A model generated the notes under the pieces. It made no database searches, was not told where the DNA came from, and was given only the letters and a program-made list of their open reading frames with translations. Shown here piece by piece: positions 17,104 to 26,583 of a stretch of 64,000 nucleotides of DNA. Each line of letters starts with the position of its first letter. Within the stretch, counting starts at the first letter, position 1. The stretch comes from a virus. The stretch covers positions 257-64,256 of the IMG/VR virus record IMGVR_UViG_3300037762_000038; one strand, 5' to 3'. Both the position numbers and the translations under genes were made by a program.

Positions 17104-18426
17104 TTAGAACGCGGTGTTAGCCGGACGCTCCGTGCCACGAAGCGTGACCAGATACTGCACCGTACCTCGGGAGTCGCGTACCACTGCGGCTCCTTCATCC
17201 ATGACCGGGTAGTTGAATCGGGCCGCGGTCAAATTGAGAACTGATCCGCCGGGAAGTCCGGCACAGATGCCTCTCGTCGTAGCGAACACGGCGGCAGGCC
17301 CTTGTCCTCGCTCCGAAATCTCCTCGGCGGAGGTGTAGGCCAGCGTGCCGGGGATGGCACCGTAGTCGAGGCGGGGTTGCTCTGTCCACTTGTCGGGCTC
17401 GCGCCCGGGTAGCCAGATCACTTCAGCCTCAGTACCCAAGTATACCCCATCATCCACGGGGGCCACAAGGGTGATCCGAGACGCGAAGGGCAGGCCCTTG
17501 CGGAGGTCGAATAGCTCCGGCGCGTAGGGCTCGCTCCGGTACAGGATGCTCCCGCGGGCGAGCAGCACATGCCCGGAGAAGCGCGCGAGATGCCGCCCGG
17601 GCAAGGCAGGGGACAGGAACTGGGTAGTGAGCGGAGTGGTCCCTGTGCGCTCCACGGTGTACGTGGCGTCGGTGGCGGCGTTCGGGAGCACCATGAGCAG
17701 CCACAGCGCATCGCCGTTCACCGGGCTCACGTAGAGGCGCTTGTGCGTCACGCTGGGATCGGAGGAGGCCGGGATATCGTAGAAGCGAATCCCGCCCGGG
17801 ACGGTGAGCGACACGAGCCCCGAGCGGCCTACGCCCGATTCCTGCCCGTCCGAGCGCACGTACGTCAAGGCATACTGGTACAGGCCGACCGGTAGCGAGC
17901 CGCCGATAGGGTCCGCCAGCGGCAGCTTGGTCGGCGACTGGACGCCCCACGAGCGCGACTCGCCCTTCGAGAAGACGCCGGTATCGACGCCGTTCGAGTA
18001 GAACACCCGGTCGCCGATGGACGCATAGTACATGCGCTCACCCACGGTCAGCCCAGTGCGAACTACTCGCGTGCTGTGGTCGGGCAGCACCTCGACGAGG
18101 TTACCGCCGCTGACCATCAGGGCCACCACGCCGTTGCTCCAGAAGGAATGGTGAGCGGTAGCGACGGCAGTGGCCGCGAAACCCTCGCGGCGTTGCGCGC
18201 GCAGCGCGTCGGTGATGTCCGCGTTTAGCGCGACCGAGAGATCGCCCAGTTCGAAGCTCTCCTCGCTGACAGTGTTGCGCAGGCCGAGGAATTTCTCGAA
18301 CGTGTAAACGTCTTCGTCTTGATTATTCGCTGCCACGGCCCCAAGCTCCGAAGCGGAATTGCGGGGCAGACTGCTGACGGCGCTCGCGGTCGCGCTTCGC
18401 CGCCTCGCAGCGCTCGTTGAACTCAC
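17104..18426 (-). CDS. tail protein (about 440 aa, true start uncertain)
   Basis: Long ORF. The first 104 nt overlap the upstream gene, so the real start may be internal or non-ATG. Confidence 0.5.
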   Translation of the reverse strand: MSSTSAARRRSATASAVSSLPRNSASELGAVAANNQDEDVYTFEKFLGLRNTVSEESFELGDLSVALNADITDALRAQRREGFAATAVATAHHSFWSNGVVALMVSGGNLVEVLPDHSTRVVRTGLTVGERMYYASIGDRVFYSNGVDTGVFSKGESRSWGVQSPTKLPLADPIGGSLPVGLYQYALTYVRSDGQESGVGRSGLVSLTVPGGIRFYDIPASSDPSVTHKRLYVSPVNGDALWLLMVLPNAATDATYTVERTGTTPLTTQFLSPALPGRHLARFSGHVLLARGSILYRSEPYAPELFDLRKGLPFASRITLVAPVDDGVYLGTEAEVIWLPGREPDKWTEQPRLDYGAIPGTLAYTSAEEISERGQGPAAVFATTRGICAGLPGGSVLNLTAARFNYPVMDEGAAVVRDSRGTVQYLVTLRGTERPANTAF

Positions 18427-19075
18427 GCACCCAGCGGGTCCCGAGCGAGCGCAACTCTGCGTCGATGTCCGCGGTGTTCGCGAGGCACATACCGGCAGCG
18501 TACTGAGCGAGTTCCAGATGGTGTTCCTCGGGAACCTCGGGCGTATTGTCCGGAAGGGACACGTCCAGAGCCACCAGAGGCATGCGTACGACGTTGAGCA
18601 GGACTTTCAGCAACGCCGCGGCGGCGTCCGGCTTACGGCGGATGCGCATCGTGCGCGTGCCCATGTCTACCGAGTAGCGCTGTGGTCGGCCGGGGTTCTC
18701 CTGCATGGAGACGTTGATGTCCCACACGTCGAAATCCATGTGGCCCCAGCCCGGAGTCAGCCGGTTATCGTCGTACCCCACGCGCACCAAGTCCACCTCG
18801 GTGTCGTCAAGACGCGCGGCTTTCACGTGCAGAATGGACTTGTGCAGAGGGTAGAGGGAGGTGTCCTCCACCAGTTGAATTTCAGTGACCGTGGGATTGT
18901 TCGGGCTGAAATCCTCCAGCACCCACGCGTCACGGCAGAGCTTCTTCTCCGCCTCGTTGAGATACCGGACCACGGTCGCGTCCGCGAATAGCTGATCGTT
19001 CGTGCCTGAGATCAGCACGGCCCGATCATCCAGCATCGGGCCCGTGATGTGAGCCAGTAGCTCAGAGAGCTTCAT
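18323..19075 (-). CDS. head-tail adaptor / tail protein (250 aa)
   Basis: ORF lies between head-module and tail-module genes. Start overlaps the stop of the upstream ORF. Confidence 0.5.
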   Translation of the reverse strand: MKLSELLAHITGPMLDDRAVLISGTNDQLFADATVVRYLNEAEKKLCRDAWVLEDFSPNNPTVTEIQLVEDTSLYPLHKSILHVKAARLDDTEVDLVRVGYDDNRLTPGWGHMDFDVWDINVSMQENPGRPQRYSVDMGTRTMRIRRKPDAAAALLKVLLNVVRMPLVALDVSLPDNTPEVPEEHHLELAQYAAGMCLANTADIDAELRSLGTRWVREFNERCEAAKRDRERRQQSAPQFRFGAWGRGSE

Positions 19076-19572
19076 TACGCCACCGCGTTAAGCGTTGGCA
19101 CTTGCACGTTCGTGCGCTTGCCCTCGGCGTTGACGGCCATCCCGAAGTTCTGGAACGGAAAGCGGCGAGCCTTCCGAACATCGAACCCGGCCGGATTGCC
19201 GGCGGAGTCCTTCTTCGGAATCGAGCGGTCTTCCACCGCGGTGCTCAGCACGCCCACGACCTCGCGCGGAACCTCGACGATCACGCCCCGCTGAAGTTGG
19301 TACAGTCGGCCGTTGACGCTGACCGGTACCGGGTCCACTTCGTTCGCTTCGCGGGCCTCGTCGATCATAATGGCGAATCGCTCTTTCGAGGACGCGCGGG
19401 ATGAATTCGCCGAGGTGGTATCGCCTGCGGGCTGCTTGGCGCTGCGAAGCTCCGCATTGGCTTTTTCGGCCGCGGCGAGTTGGGCTTTCAGTGCCACGAT
19501 CTGCGGATCGGTCTCGACTTCGAGGCCGGCGAGTGCTGCGGAATTGCTGTTACCGTTGGCTGCCATGATCAT
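19075..19572 (-). CDS. hypothetical head or connector protein (165 aa)
   Basis: Tightly packed ORF downstream of the capsid gene. Confidence 0.5.
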   Translation of the reverse strand: MIMAANGNSNSAALAGLEVETDPQIVALKAQLAAAEKANAELRSAKQPAGDTTSANSSRASSKERFAIMIDEAREANEVDPVPVSVNGRLYQLQRGVIVEVPREVVGVLSTAVEDRSIPKKDSAGNPAGFDVRKARRFPFQNFGMAVNAEGKRTNVQVPTLNAVA

Positions 19573-19588
19573 TCCCTCCCTGTGAAAG

Positions 19589-19858
19589 TTAGCCCTTCAT
19601 CGTCTTCGCCGCTTCGTCGAACGCTTCGGCGTAGGCAATCTCAGGCAGTTGGCTCAGCGCACCCTTCACCATCTTAATGACATCGGGCACGGTCTTCGCG
19701 GCGAAACTCTTGGTGCAGTCGCCGATGTACGTCGGGTAGTCGCCCCGTTTCTCTTTCTTGTCTCTCGCTTGCTTCTCCTTGATCTTGTCGGTGTCCGGAA
19801 CCTCGACCTTGAAGCCGTTCTCCAGAACCTCGATTCGGATCGTGAATTGGCTAATCAT
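19589..19858 (-). CDS. hypothetical small virion protein (89 aa)
   Basis: ORF with Lys/Glu-rich composition. Confidence 0.45.
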   Translation of the reverse strand: MISQFTIRIEVLENGFKVEVPDTDKIKEKQARDKKEKRGDYPTYIGDCTKSFAAKTVPDVIKMVKGALSQLPEIAYAEAFDEAAKTMKG

Positions 19859-19933
19859 AGCACACCTCCTAGAAAAAGTCCCCGAACCGGCTCGTGGCCG
19901 ACCGGGGACTTGGACACCTTCGCCAGTCGGCGA

Positions 19934-20395
19934 TTAGCCGAGGGCAATCCACGTGTACTGCTTGTTTTGCAGGATCACCGAAGCGGCGATGGTCACGCTG
20001 TGACCTGCCTTGGAACCCGGCAAGGCCGTACGCGTATCGTTCACGACGGTGCTCGGACCCGGGTAGGCAACGTTGTTACGAACGCCCGCGTTCGTTGCAT
20101 CGGGGGTGCCCGGCGTACCAGATTGGAGCCCGGAAGCAGCATCGAATACCACAATGCTGCCCGTGTCGAGGGAGCGAACGCCGGTCTCGATGGTCGCCAG
20201 AGTCTCCGTCGCAAGCATCCCTTCGAACTTCTCCCACTGGTCGCGGTCGGTCAGGTTGAGCCACAGGAAGTAGCGCGGCTTGAAGCCGAGTTCGATCACG
20301 GCCGCGGCCGGAGTCGCAGCGTCGTCGAGGTACCGACCGGTGGCGCGTTGAACGTCCGCGCCGTTGCTGTCGGAGTAGTTTTTCGTGATGGTCAT
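19934..20395 (-). CDS. hypothetical head protein (153 aa)
   Basis: ORF directly downstream of the major capsid gene. Confidence 0.5.
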   Translation of the reverse strand: MTITKNYSDSNGADVQRATGRYLDDAATPAAAVIELGFKPRYFLWLNLTDRDQWEKFEGMLATETLATIETGVRSLDTGSIVVFDAASGLQSGTPGTPDATNAGVRNNVAYPGPSTVVNDTRTALPGSKAGHSVTIAASVILQNKQYTWIALG

Positions 20396-20463
20396 GGGTG
20401 TCTCCTTGCTTGATGAATGGGGTGGCCGATCAGCCGGGGCGGTTAAGCCCCGGCGTCACCGGA

Positions 20464-21450
20464 TTAGTTCGTCGCTGCGACCTCGGCACGGACCATCCAT
20501 GCGTCGTTCAGGATGACGGAGGTCTGCATGGTCTTCCAGCCGGCGGTGCCGCGCTGGGCCAGCGGGTCGCCCGCGGCAGGCTTCGGGTTCACGACCATGA
20601 TCGCGAGGCTGTCCTTGCCCTTCAGCGGCACGATCCCGTACGCGTCTTTCGCGAGGTACAGCACGGGGTACACGTCCGCGTTGGTGCCGGTCGTCGAGAC
20701 CATCGTCGATGTTGCGCCACCCGCGTCGGGGAACGAGGTGAAGATCGTCGAGCGCAGGTAGCGCACGTCTTCGACCGCGCCGATCTCATTCGCCCACGGC
20801 GTCACGGTGCCGTATTGCTTGGTCGGAATGAAACCGGTGATGTTACGGATGTCGTTCTCCACGTCCGGGTGGACGAGGCCGATGAACGCCGCTTCCACGG
20901 GCTCGGTACGGAAGGCCGGAGTCGAGCCGACCACCGAAGTGATCTGCATCGCGTTCTGGCGCTTCAGGGCCCGGGTCACTTGGCGCTGAAGGTCCAGCGT
21001 CAGCGGGGTGTTCACGTCGCCACGAGCCGAGCCGTTGGCGAAGAACACGTTCGTGCCCGCCTTCAGCTTGTTGTAGCGCAGGGTCTCGACCGTTTGCGCG
21101 GCCTGCTCGCCCAGCACCTCGGTGAGTTGCTGGAGGAACGGGTCCTCGTGCGTGTCTTCGATCACGTCCGAGAACGGCACGAAGTCGCCATGCTGCTCCA
21201 GAGTGGCCGTCACGTCCGTCACGGTCACGCGGCTGCCGGCCGGCGTCACGCCTTCGACCAGCGGAGTCAGAGCGAGCGGCAGGGCGTTGTAACGACGGAA
21301 CTTGGCGACCTTGGTCGCGCGGTTCGGCATCACGTACACCTGACCGAACTTCTCGATCACGAGGTGGGGAACGCCACGCGTCAGCATCTTGGCGACGGCG
21401 TGGGCGGCGGTACGCGGCGAGATGTCGCCGTAGGTCATCGGTGCGGGCAT
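20464..21450 (-). CDS. major capsid protein (328 aa)
   Basis: Size and position: immediately after the scaffold and after portal and terminase. Composition typical of HK97-fold coat proteins. Confidence 0.7.
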   Translation of the reverse strand: MPAPMTYGDISPRTAAHAVAKMLTRGVPHLVIEKFGQVYVMPNRATKVAKFRRYNALPLALTPLVEGVTPAGSRVTVTDVTATLEQHGDFVPFSDVIEDTHEDPFLQQLTEVLGEQAAQTVETLRYNKLKAGTNVFFANGSARGDVNTPLTLDLQRQVTRALKRQNAMQITSVVGSTPAFRTEPVEAAFIGLVHPDVENDIRNITGFIPTKQYGTVTPWANEIGAVEDVRYLRSTIFTSFPDAGGATSTMVSTTGTNADVYPVLYLAKDAYGIVPLKGKDSLAIMVVNPKPAAGDPLAQRGTAGWKTMQTSVILNDAWMVRAEVAATN

Positions 21451-21481
21451 GGTTCAGTCTCCTTCTGGTGAAAAGCGGGGG

Positions 21482-21727
21482 TTATTTCTCCGAAGTCTGG
21501 AGAGTCGCGGCGGTCGTTGTGGCAGCAGCAGCCGGCGTAACCGCAGCTACGGCGGCAAGGCTGGTACCGGCCTCGGTGATGATCGCGTTGATCGTTGTCC
21601 GATGCGCAGCGAAGTCCACGACCACGGCATCGACTTTACCCTTCAATGCGGCGAGGTCAGCGGCGATGTCGGCCAGAAGTTTCTTCGTGTCCGGATCGAC
21701 CTTTGCGTGAGCGATGATGCTTGCCAT
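21482..21727 (-). CDS. small head protein (81 aa), Ala/Thr-rich
   Basis: ORF between the scaffold and capsid genes. Confidence 0.45.
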   Translation of the reverse strand: MASIIAHAKVDPDTKKLLADIAADLAALKGKVDAVVVDFAAHRTTINAIITEAGTSLAAVAAVTPAAAATTTAATLQTSEK

Positions 21728-21736
21728 GTGGCCTCC

Positions 21737-22846
21737 TTACTTGTATTGCGCCGCGGCTTCCTCGAAGGCCCCGTCGAAATCATTCGGATCGGAACCCGCC
21801 GGAGTCGGCGTAGAGCGCTTTGACTGCACGGGCGCGAGCGACCGGGCCTTCTCGGCCGCGGCGGCGCGCGCAGCGGCCGTCTGTTCATCGGTGGGGGTGT
21901 TCGAAGCCGGCGGTGTTCCGGACGCCTGTGGCCCGGTGCCGTTCGCCTTCTTGTAGTTCGACACGAGTTCAACGACTTCTTGAACTGAGCCCTCATTGTA
22001 CACCTTTTTGTAGGCGTCAATCAAGTACGCGGGCTGCTTCTGAATCCACGCGTCCAACTGCGGGGAAACAGTATCGAAATCCGGATGCTCTTTCAGAACC
22101 CCGGTGCGGAACGCGGTCTGTTCGACATTCTGCACCGTCTGGAATACCGGATTGATGTCAGAATACATCTTCTCCACCACGGCTGTCAAGGCCCGAGCAA
22201 AACGGGCCTCCATCACGGCGAGGGCATGGGCCTGATGCGTCTTCATCGCCCCCGCGATATCCGGCCACTCTTTCTCGAACGATTCCAGAACTTTCTTCTG
22301 GTCGTCCGTCAGGACGGGCTCGGGGATTTCGAGCGCGGCCTTGCGCTCCTCCTCAGCCTTCGCGGCGGCAGCGGTCGCGTCAGCCGCGGCTTTGTCATCC
22401 ACGATTTTCTTCGCAGCGGCAGCGGTCGCGTCGGCCGCGGCCTTGTCGGCAGCAGCTTTCGCAGCGGCCTCGGCGGCAACCTTGCCCTCCGGTGTCGCGG
22501 CGAACTTGTCGTCCTCGATCTTCTTCGCAGCGGCAGCGGCGTCGGTAGCCGCCTTGTCCTCCTCGGCCTTCTTCGTGGCCGCGGCAGCGTCGGTAGCCGC
22601 CTTGTCCTCCTCGGCCTTCTTCGTGGCCGCAGCGGTGTCGGCAGCCGCCTTCTCGTCCGCGGCTTTCTGCGCAGCCTCGTCAGCGGCCACCTCAGCTTCC
22701 GTGGTCGCGGCAGTGGCAGCAGCGGCTGCCTTTTCCTTCTCGGCGGGCTTGCCGCTCGCAGGCTCCCCGCTGCCTTCGGCGGCAATCGCCTCAGCGAACG
22801 CGGCGTCGAAGTCGTTGGCGTCTACTTCTTTGGTCTCGGTCGTCAT
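21737..22846 (-). CDS. capsid scaffolding protein (369 aa)
   Basis: Strongly Ala/Lys/Glu-rich helical low-complexity protein with a 16-aa tandem repeat (ATKKAEEDKAATDAAA). Lies between the portal and capsid genes. Confidence 0.7.
   Translation of the reverse strand: MTTETKEVDANDFDAAFAEAIAAEGSGEPASGKPAEKEKAAAAATAATTEAEVAADEAAQKAADEKAAADTAAATKKAEEDKAATDAAAATKKAEEDKAATDAAAAAKKIEDDKFAATPEGKVAAEAAAKAAADKAAADATAAAAKKIVDDKAAADATAAAAKAEEERKAALEIPEPVLTDDQKKVLESFEKEWPDIAGAMKTHQAHALAVMEARFARALTAVVEKMYSDINPVFQTVQNVEQTAFRTGVLKEHPDFDTVSPQLDAWIQKQPAYLIDAYKKVYNEGSVQEVVELVSNYKKANGTGPQASGTPPASNTPTDEQTAAARAAAAEKARSLAPVQSKRSTPTPAGSDPNDFDGAFEEAAAQYK
22541..22636 (-). repeat. 48-bp tandem repeat (2 copies) inside the scaffolding gene
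   Basis: GTCGGTAGCCGCCTTGTCCTCCTCGGCCTTCTTCGTGGCCGC is repeated, encoding ATKKAEEDKAATDAAA twice. Confidence 0.75.
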
Positions 22847-23029
22847 ATCCCCCTCCCCTAGTTAGCCTGCCCCGGGAGTTGGAACTCCCTTGGGGCCTTC
22901 TCGATCAACTCCACGATGGCTTGCATGGCGTTGTATTCTGTCTGGTATTTTACCAGATCAGTACCCGATGCCTGCCGCCAGCTTTCCAGCGCGCGGTCCC
23001 GGCGGATGTATGCGAGACGGACTAGGGAG

Positions 23030-25090
23030 CTAAGCCCCTGCTCCGCGCGCGCCTGATGCACTACCCTTCGAAGCTCCTGCTCCTCCCCTCTGATCTTCTC
23101 CATGTGCGATTCCCTCCACGAGTGCGGTGAATGTATCGACGTTAGCGCCGGTTTGCGCCTTAATCGCCAGTGCGAAATCCTTGAACGCGTTGGAGATATT
23201 TGCACGAATCTCCGAACGGATCAGGTCTGCTTGTTGTTGCGCGGACATCGCTGCCGAATCCGCCTGCTCTTTCAATCGGCGAGCCACTTCGTCCTCGTCC
23301 TCCAGAATGTCCATCGGGAGGTCACGCGAGCGCATGCGTTCCAGCAACAGCTTGCGCGTGCTCACGTGCATGCGCTCCTCTGGTGTAAGCCCTGCGGCGA
23401 ATTGGTCAAGGTGCACCGAACGGACCTCTTTCGCGATCAGCGAAGTCGAGCCGCGCGCGATTACCGCGAAGTCGCCCTTGATACTCTCGTCGTCGATGAA
23501 CTGCATGTTCCAGTGGTACAGCGACGACACGAAGCTGGTCGTGAAGTGGTCGAAATTGCGCACCGTGTCGCGGATCGGCAGCGCCGCAGCACCCATCAGC
23601 ATCGACAGGTTACCCTGCGTACGCAGAGCTTCCGAGCCGCCCTGCGTCACGTCACCCAGCGCCGAAGGCGGCAACGCCGTCTCGGTATCGGCGAACGACA
23701 TGAACAGGTCGATGATCGACCGCAGTTCGGGGATGTGCGCATCCACTGAGATGCTGCGCACGGCCGGCTGAGCGGACTCTTGCCCTTGCCCCTCGCGCAA
23801 CCAAATCTTGCGCGCATAGACATCGAGCGACTGCCCGGGGATCAGCAGGTCCTGATTCAGTTCGAGCATCGGCCCGGCGACCACGCTGGCGTTGTCCAGC
23901 ATCATGCGGGACGCCTCGCCGATGGCGAGCGCGCTATCGCGCATCACCTGCGGCACACCGATGCCGAGCAGGTTGATATCGTCCTCCTCGTACACGAACA
24001 CGTGATGCGGTCGAATCTTCGCGTCGTAGGGGTTCAGCTTGGCCTTGATGATCGTGTTGTCGATTCCCCATAGGTTGGCCTCAAGCTCCTTGCCGAGGTC
24101 CGAGTCAGGGATGTTCACGCCGACGGCGCGGAGTTCATGGCCTGAGACGAATCCCCACCATTCCCACACCTCGTACTTGCGACCGGTCAAATCGTTCAGA
24201 TTCTTGCGGTCGCCCTTGTTGCGAAGCTCGATCTCCCACTCAAGCTCCTTGTAGTTGCCCATGGTATTCTCGCGCAGATACCGCTTAACCACGTCGGCCA
24301 TGAAGTCCGGGCGCTTACCAAGTTCAGAGAACTGGTTGCGTGACATGATGTGGCGGAAGAACGACCCGTCCATCTGCTTGAACACCTTAGCGCTCAGGTC
24401 GGGGTACCAGTCCCACACGCTGACGAACTCGTACAGCGGCGCGAACTTCTCGACCACGGTGGCTTTCAGCTTGCCCATCGCGTCGCGAGTCCATTTGCGG
24501 GCCTTCTTCGAGACAACCTGCGGACCGCGGAGGATGCCGGCGGAATAGAGCACGGCGCTGAAGACCACGCGGCGCGCGAGCGTGATGTACTCGATCTCGT
24601 CGAGTTGATCCTCCATCTCATGGCTCATGCGCGCGGCCTTGACCTTGGCGAAGCTCTTGATCGCCTTTTCGATCTCGTCGTCGGGAATGTCGCTGTCGGG
24701 GGCCTGCCCCTCGGGGGCGGCAGCCGCGCGCTCGGCGGTGAGTTGGTCAAGCACGAGTTGCAGGTCGCTCTCGGATAGGTCCGGCAGCGGGCTTTCTTCG
24801 ATGCCCCAGTTTTTCTCGGTCTGCGGGAACAGCATCTCCATCAGGCGCGAGACGGTCCCGATCACCTTGGTGCGAGTGATCTTCGGGTACGCCTTCGACT
24901 GGTCCAACGGGATGCGCTTCTCGATCTCGGGATCGTAGATGCCGCGGAACTGACGCAGGTTGCGCAGCCATTGCTGCTCGATCTCGCGGCGATCCTTTTT
25001 GTACTGCTCGAATTGTTTCGCTTTCGCGATCCCTAGCGTGCGCATCTTCTCCGCGTCAATCTGAGGGACTGTCGTCTGTTCGTCGGCCAT
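23030..25090 (-). CDS. portal protein (686 aa)
   Basis: Large ORF whose start overlaps the stop of the large terminase gene (ATGA). Size and position are typical of a portal. Confidence 0.75.
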   Translation of the reverse strand: MADEQTTVPQIDAEKMRTLGIAKAKQFEQYKKDRREIEQQWLRNLRQFRGIYDPEIEKRIPLDQSKAYPKITRTKVIGTVSRLMEMLFPQTEKNWGIEESPLPDLSESDLQLVLDQLTAERAAAAPEGQAPDSDIPDDEIEKAIKSFAKVKAARMSHEMEDQLDEIEYITLARRVVFSAVLYSAGILRGPQVVSKKARKWTRDAMGKLKATVVEKFAPLYEFVSVWDWYPDLSAKVFKQMDGSFFRHIMSRNQFSELGKRPDFMADVVKRYLRENTMGNYKELEWEIELRNKGDRKNLNDLTGRKYEVWEWWGFVSGHELRAVGVNIPDSDLGKELEANLWGIDNTIIKAKLNPYDAKIRPHHVFVYEEDDINLLGIGVPQVMRDSALAIGEASRMMLDNASVVAGPMLELNQDLLIPGQSLDVYARKIWLREGQGQESAQPAVRSISVDAHIPELRSIIDLFMSFADTETALPPSALGDVTQGGSEALRTQGNLSMLMGAAALPIRDTVRNFDHFTTSFVSSLYHWNMQFIDDESIKGDFAVIARGSTSLIAKEVRSVHLDQFAAGLTPEERMHVSTRKLLLERMRSRDLPMDILEDEDEVARRLKEQADSAAMSAQQQADLIRSEIRANISNAFKDFALAIKAQTGANVDTFTALVEGIAHGEDQRGGAGASKGSASGARGAGA

Positions 25091-26583
25091 TATGATCTCC
25101 TCGTGTAGATACCCGCGCGGCTGTTAAGCTGTTGCAGCCACGCTTTGCGTTCGGACTCCCGCTCGGGCTCGTTCGTACCCTTGAAATAGTACATGTCCCC
25201 GTACTGCCCGGCCTCGCAAATGTGCGAGTAGATGTTCTTGTTGACCTCAGTGCTTGTAATCCCGGCCTTACTGATCTTATAATGATACCCCCCTTTCATG
25301 CCCCGGATCAAGTACGCGCACTGCGGGCTGATCAGGTAGCCGGCCCCCATCTCCGTGCGCCGGACTAGGAAGAAATCGGTCGCGTTGGTGCGGTGGACCG
25401 GGGTGTTGGAGTAGGCGAACTTCACGGTCCTGAACCCCTCCGACTTGAAGATGTCCACGCACGATCTCTCGTCAGTCTGAGCGCCGGTATTCCCCGCCGG
25501 GTCCCCTGTGACCCGGATGTTGTACCCGCCGTACTTGTTCCGCAGCAGCGGCTTCAGGCGCTCGCGAATCGCGCGCTGGAGCCCCATCCCCTCGGTCACC
25601 ACCTCGTCCAGCGTGAGCACGCGACCGTGCATGTCCTGCTGCTTCAGCGCGAACGCAGGCGTGTGCCCGAAGTCCGCCGCAATCGTCAGGAGCAGGTGCT
25701 TGTTCGGGATCAGCCGATCCTTAGCCACATGGAAGTCAGGATCGAATAGCGGGTGCACGGGCTTGCCGGCCTTGCTCTGGCCGTAAAGGCCCATGATGTA
25801 GACTTTAACATACTCGTCCGACTTGTCCTTCGCGAGGTTACCGTAGTAACCCGGGATCAGGTTCTTGATGTTGTCCGCGTCCTTATTGGTGCGCAGGACC
25901 CAGCCGTTCTTCATCACCACCTCGGCGATCTCGCCGGGCTGACAGCGCACCATGCCTCCGGGCTGCCTGAAAATCTCCCAACCGTTTTTCTTCTGGCGAG
26001 TCGGTTCATCCGGGTCGAGACCTTCCATCATCGCCCATAGATACGAGCCCTCCTCGGGCGGGTTGGTGTCGGCCCACATGCCAAACCACGTCGGCCCCCC
26101 GTCGTCCATCTTCGGGTACTGACCGATACGACCGTCCAGACCTTCCAGAATCTCCCGAGCGGTCTCGCGCGACTCGTTAATGTAGGCACCGGTCAAATCG
26201 AGCGACAGCAGGTTCTTCACGTCGGCCGCGTCGTCCAGCGCTCGGAACATCACCTCGGCGCGCACGTCGGCGAATTCGAGGAAGAACGTCTTGCCGGTCT
26301 CCTTGTACCAGCCGGCACCGCCGCCGTCGGGGAACCAGTCGAACCACGTCTTCATCGTGGTGTCCCTCAACTGTGGCATTGTGTTACGCACGATGGCCCA
26401 GCGCGTACGCCGGTAACCTGATTTGTCGCGCTTCTGTTGCATGGCTCGCTTAACCACGTCCGTCATACAGGTAACCGATTTTCCCGAGCGGAACGGGCCG
26501 TGTAGTAGACGGAATCGCGCGTCGCTCTGCATGAATGCAGAGCACACGGGCGAGCCAGAGAGATCGAGGCGGGTGATGGTCAT
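25090..26583 (-). CDS. terL: terminase large subunit
   Basis: Walker A motif LLHGPFRSGKS near the N-terminus. C-terminal RNaseH-like nuclease motif (TIAADFGHTP). 497 aa. Followed by the portal. Confidence 0.9.
   Translation of the reverse strand: MTITRLDLSGSPVCSAFMQSDARFRLLHGPFRSGKSVTCMTDVVKRAMQQKRDKSGYRRTRWAIVRNTMPQLRDTTMKTWFDWFPDGGGAGWYKETGKTFFLEFADVRAEVMFRALDDAADVKNLLSLDLTGAYINESRETAREILEGLDGRIGQYPKMDDGGPTWFGMWADTNPPEEGSYLWAMMEGLDPDEPTRQKKNGWEIFRQPGGMVRCQPGEIAEVVMKNGWVLRTNKDADNIKNLIPGYYGNLAKDKSDEYVKVYIMGLYGQSKAGKPVHPLFDPDFHVAKDRLIPNKHLLLTIAADFGHTPAFALKQQDMHGRVLTLDEVVTEGMGLQRAIRERLKPLLRNKYGGYNIRVTGDPAGNTGAQTDERSCVDIFKSEGFRTVKFAYSNTPVHRTNATDFFLVRRTEMGAGYLISPQCAYLIRGMKGGYHYKISKAGITSTEVNKNIYSHICEAGQYGDMYYFKGTNEPERESERKAWLQQLNSRAGIYTRRS

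Noticed and set aside
15400-22640. CRISPR array
   Set aside because: The only regular direct repeats are in-frame tandem repeats inside protein-coding genes (51-bp and 48-bp units with no unique spacers). There are no cas genes.
22858-23205. 115-aa minus-strand ORF overlapping the 3' end of the portal gene by 175 nt
   Set aside because: Extensive overlap with a confident gene. Even the shortest internal-Met version still overlaps. Probably not translated.
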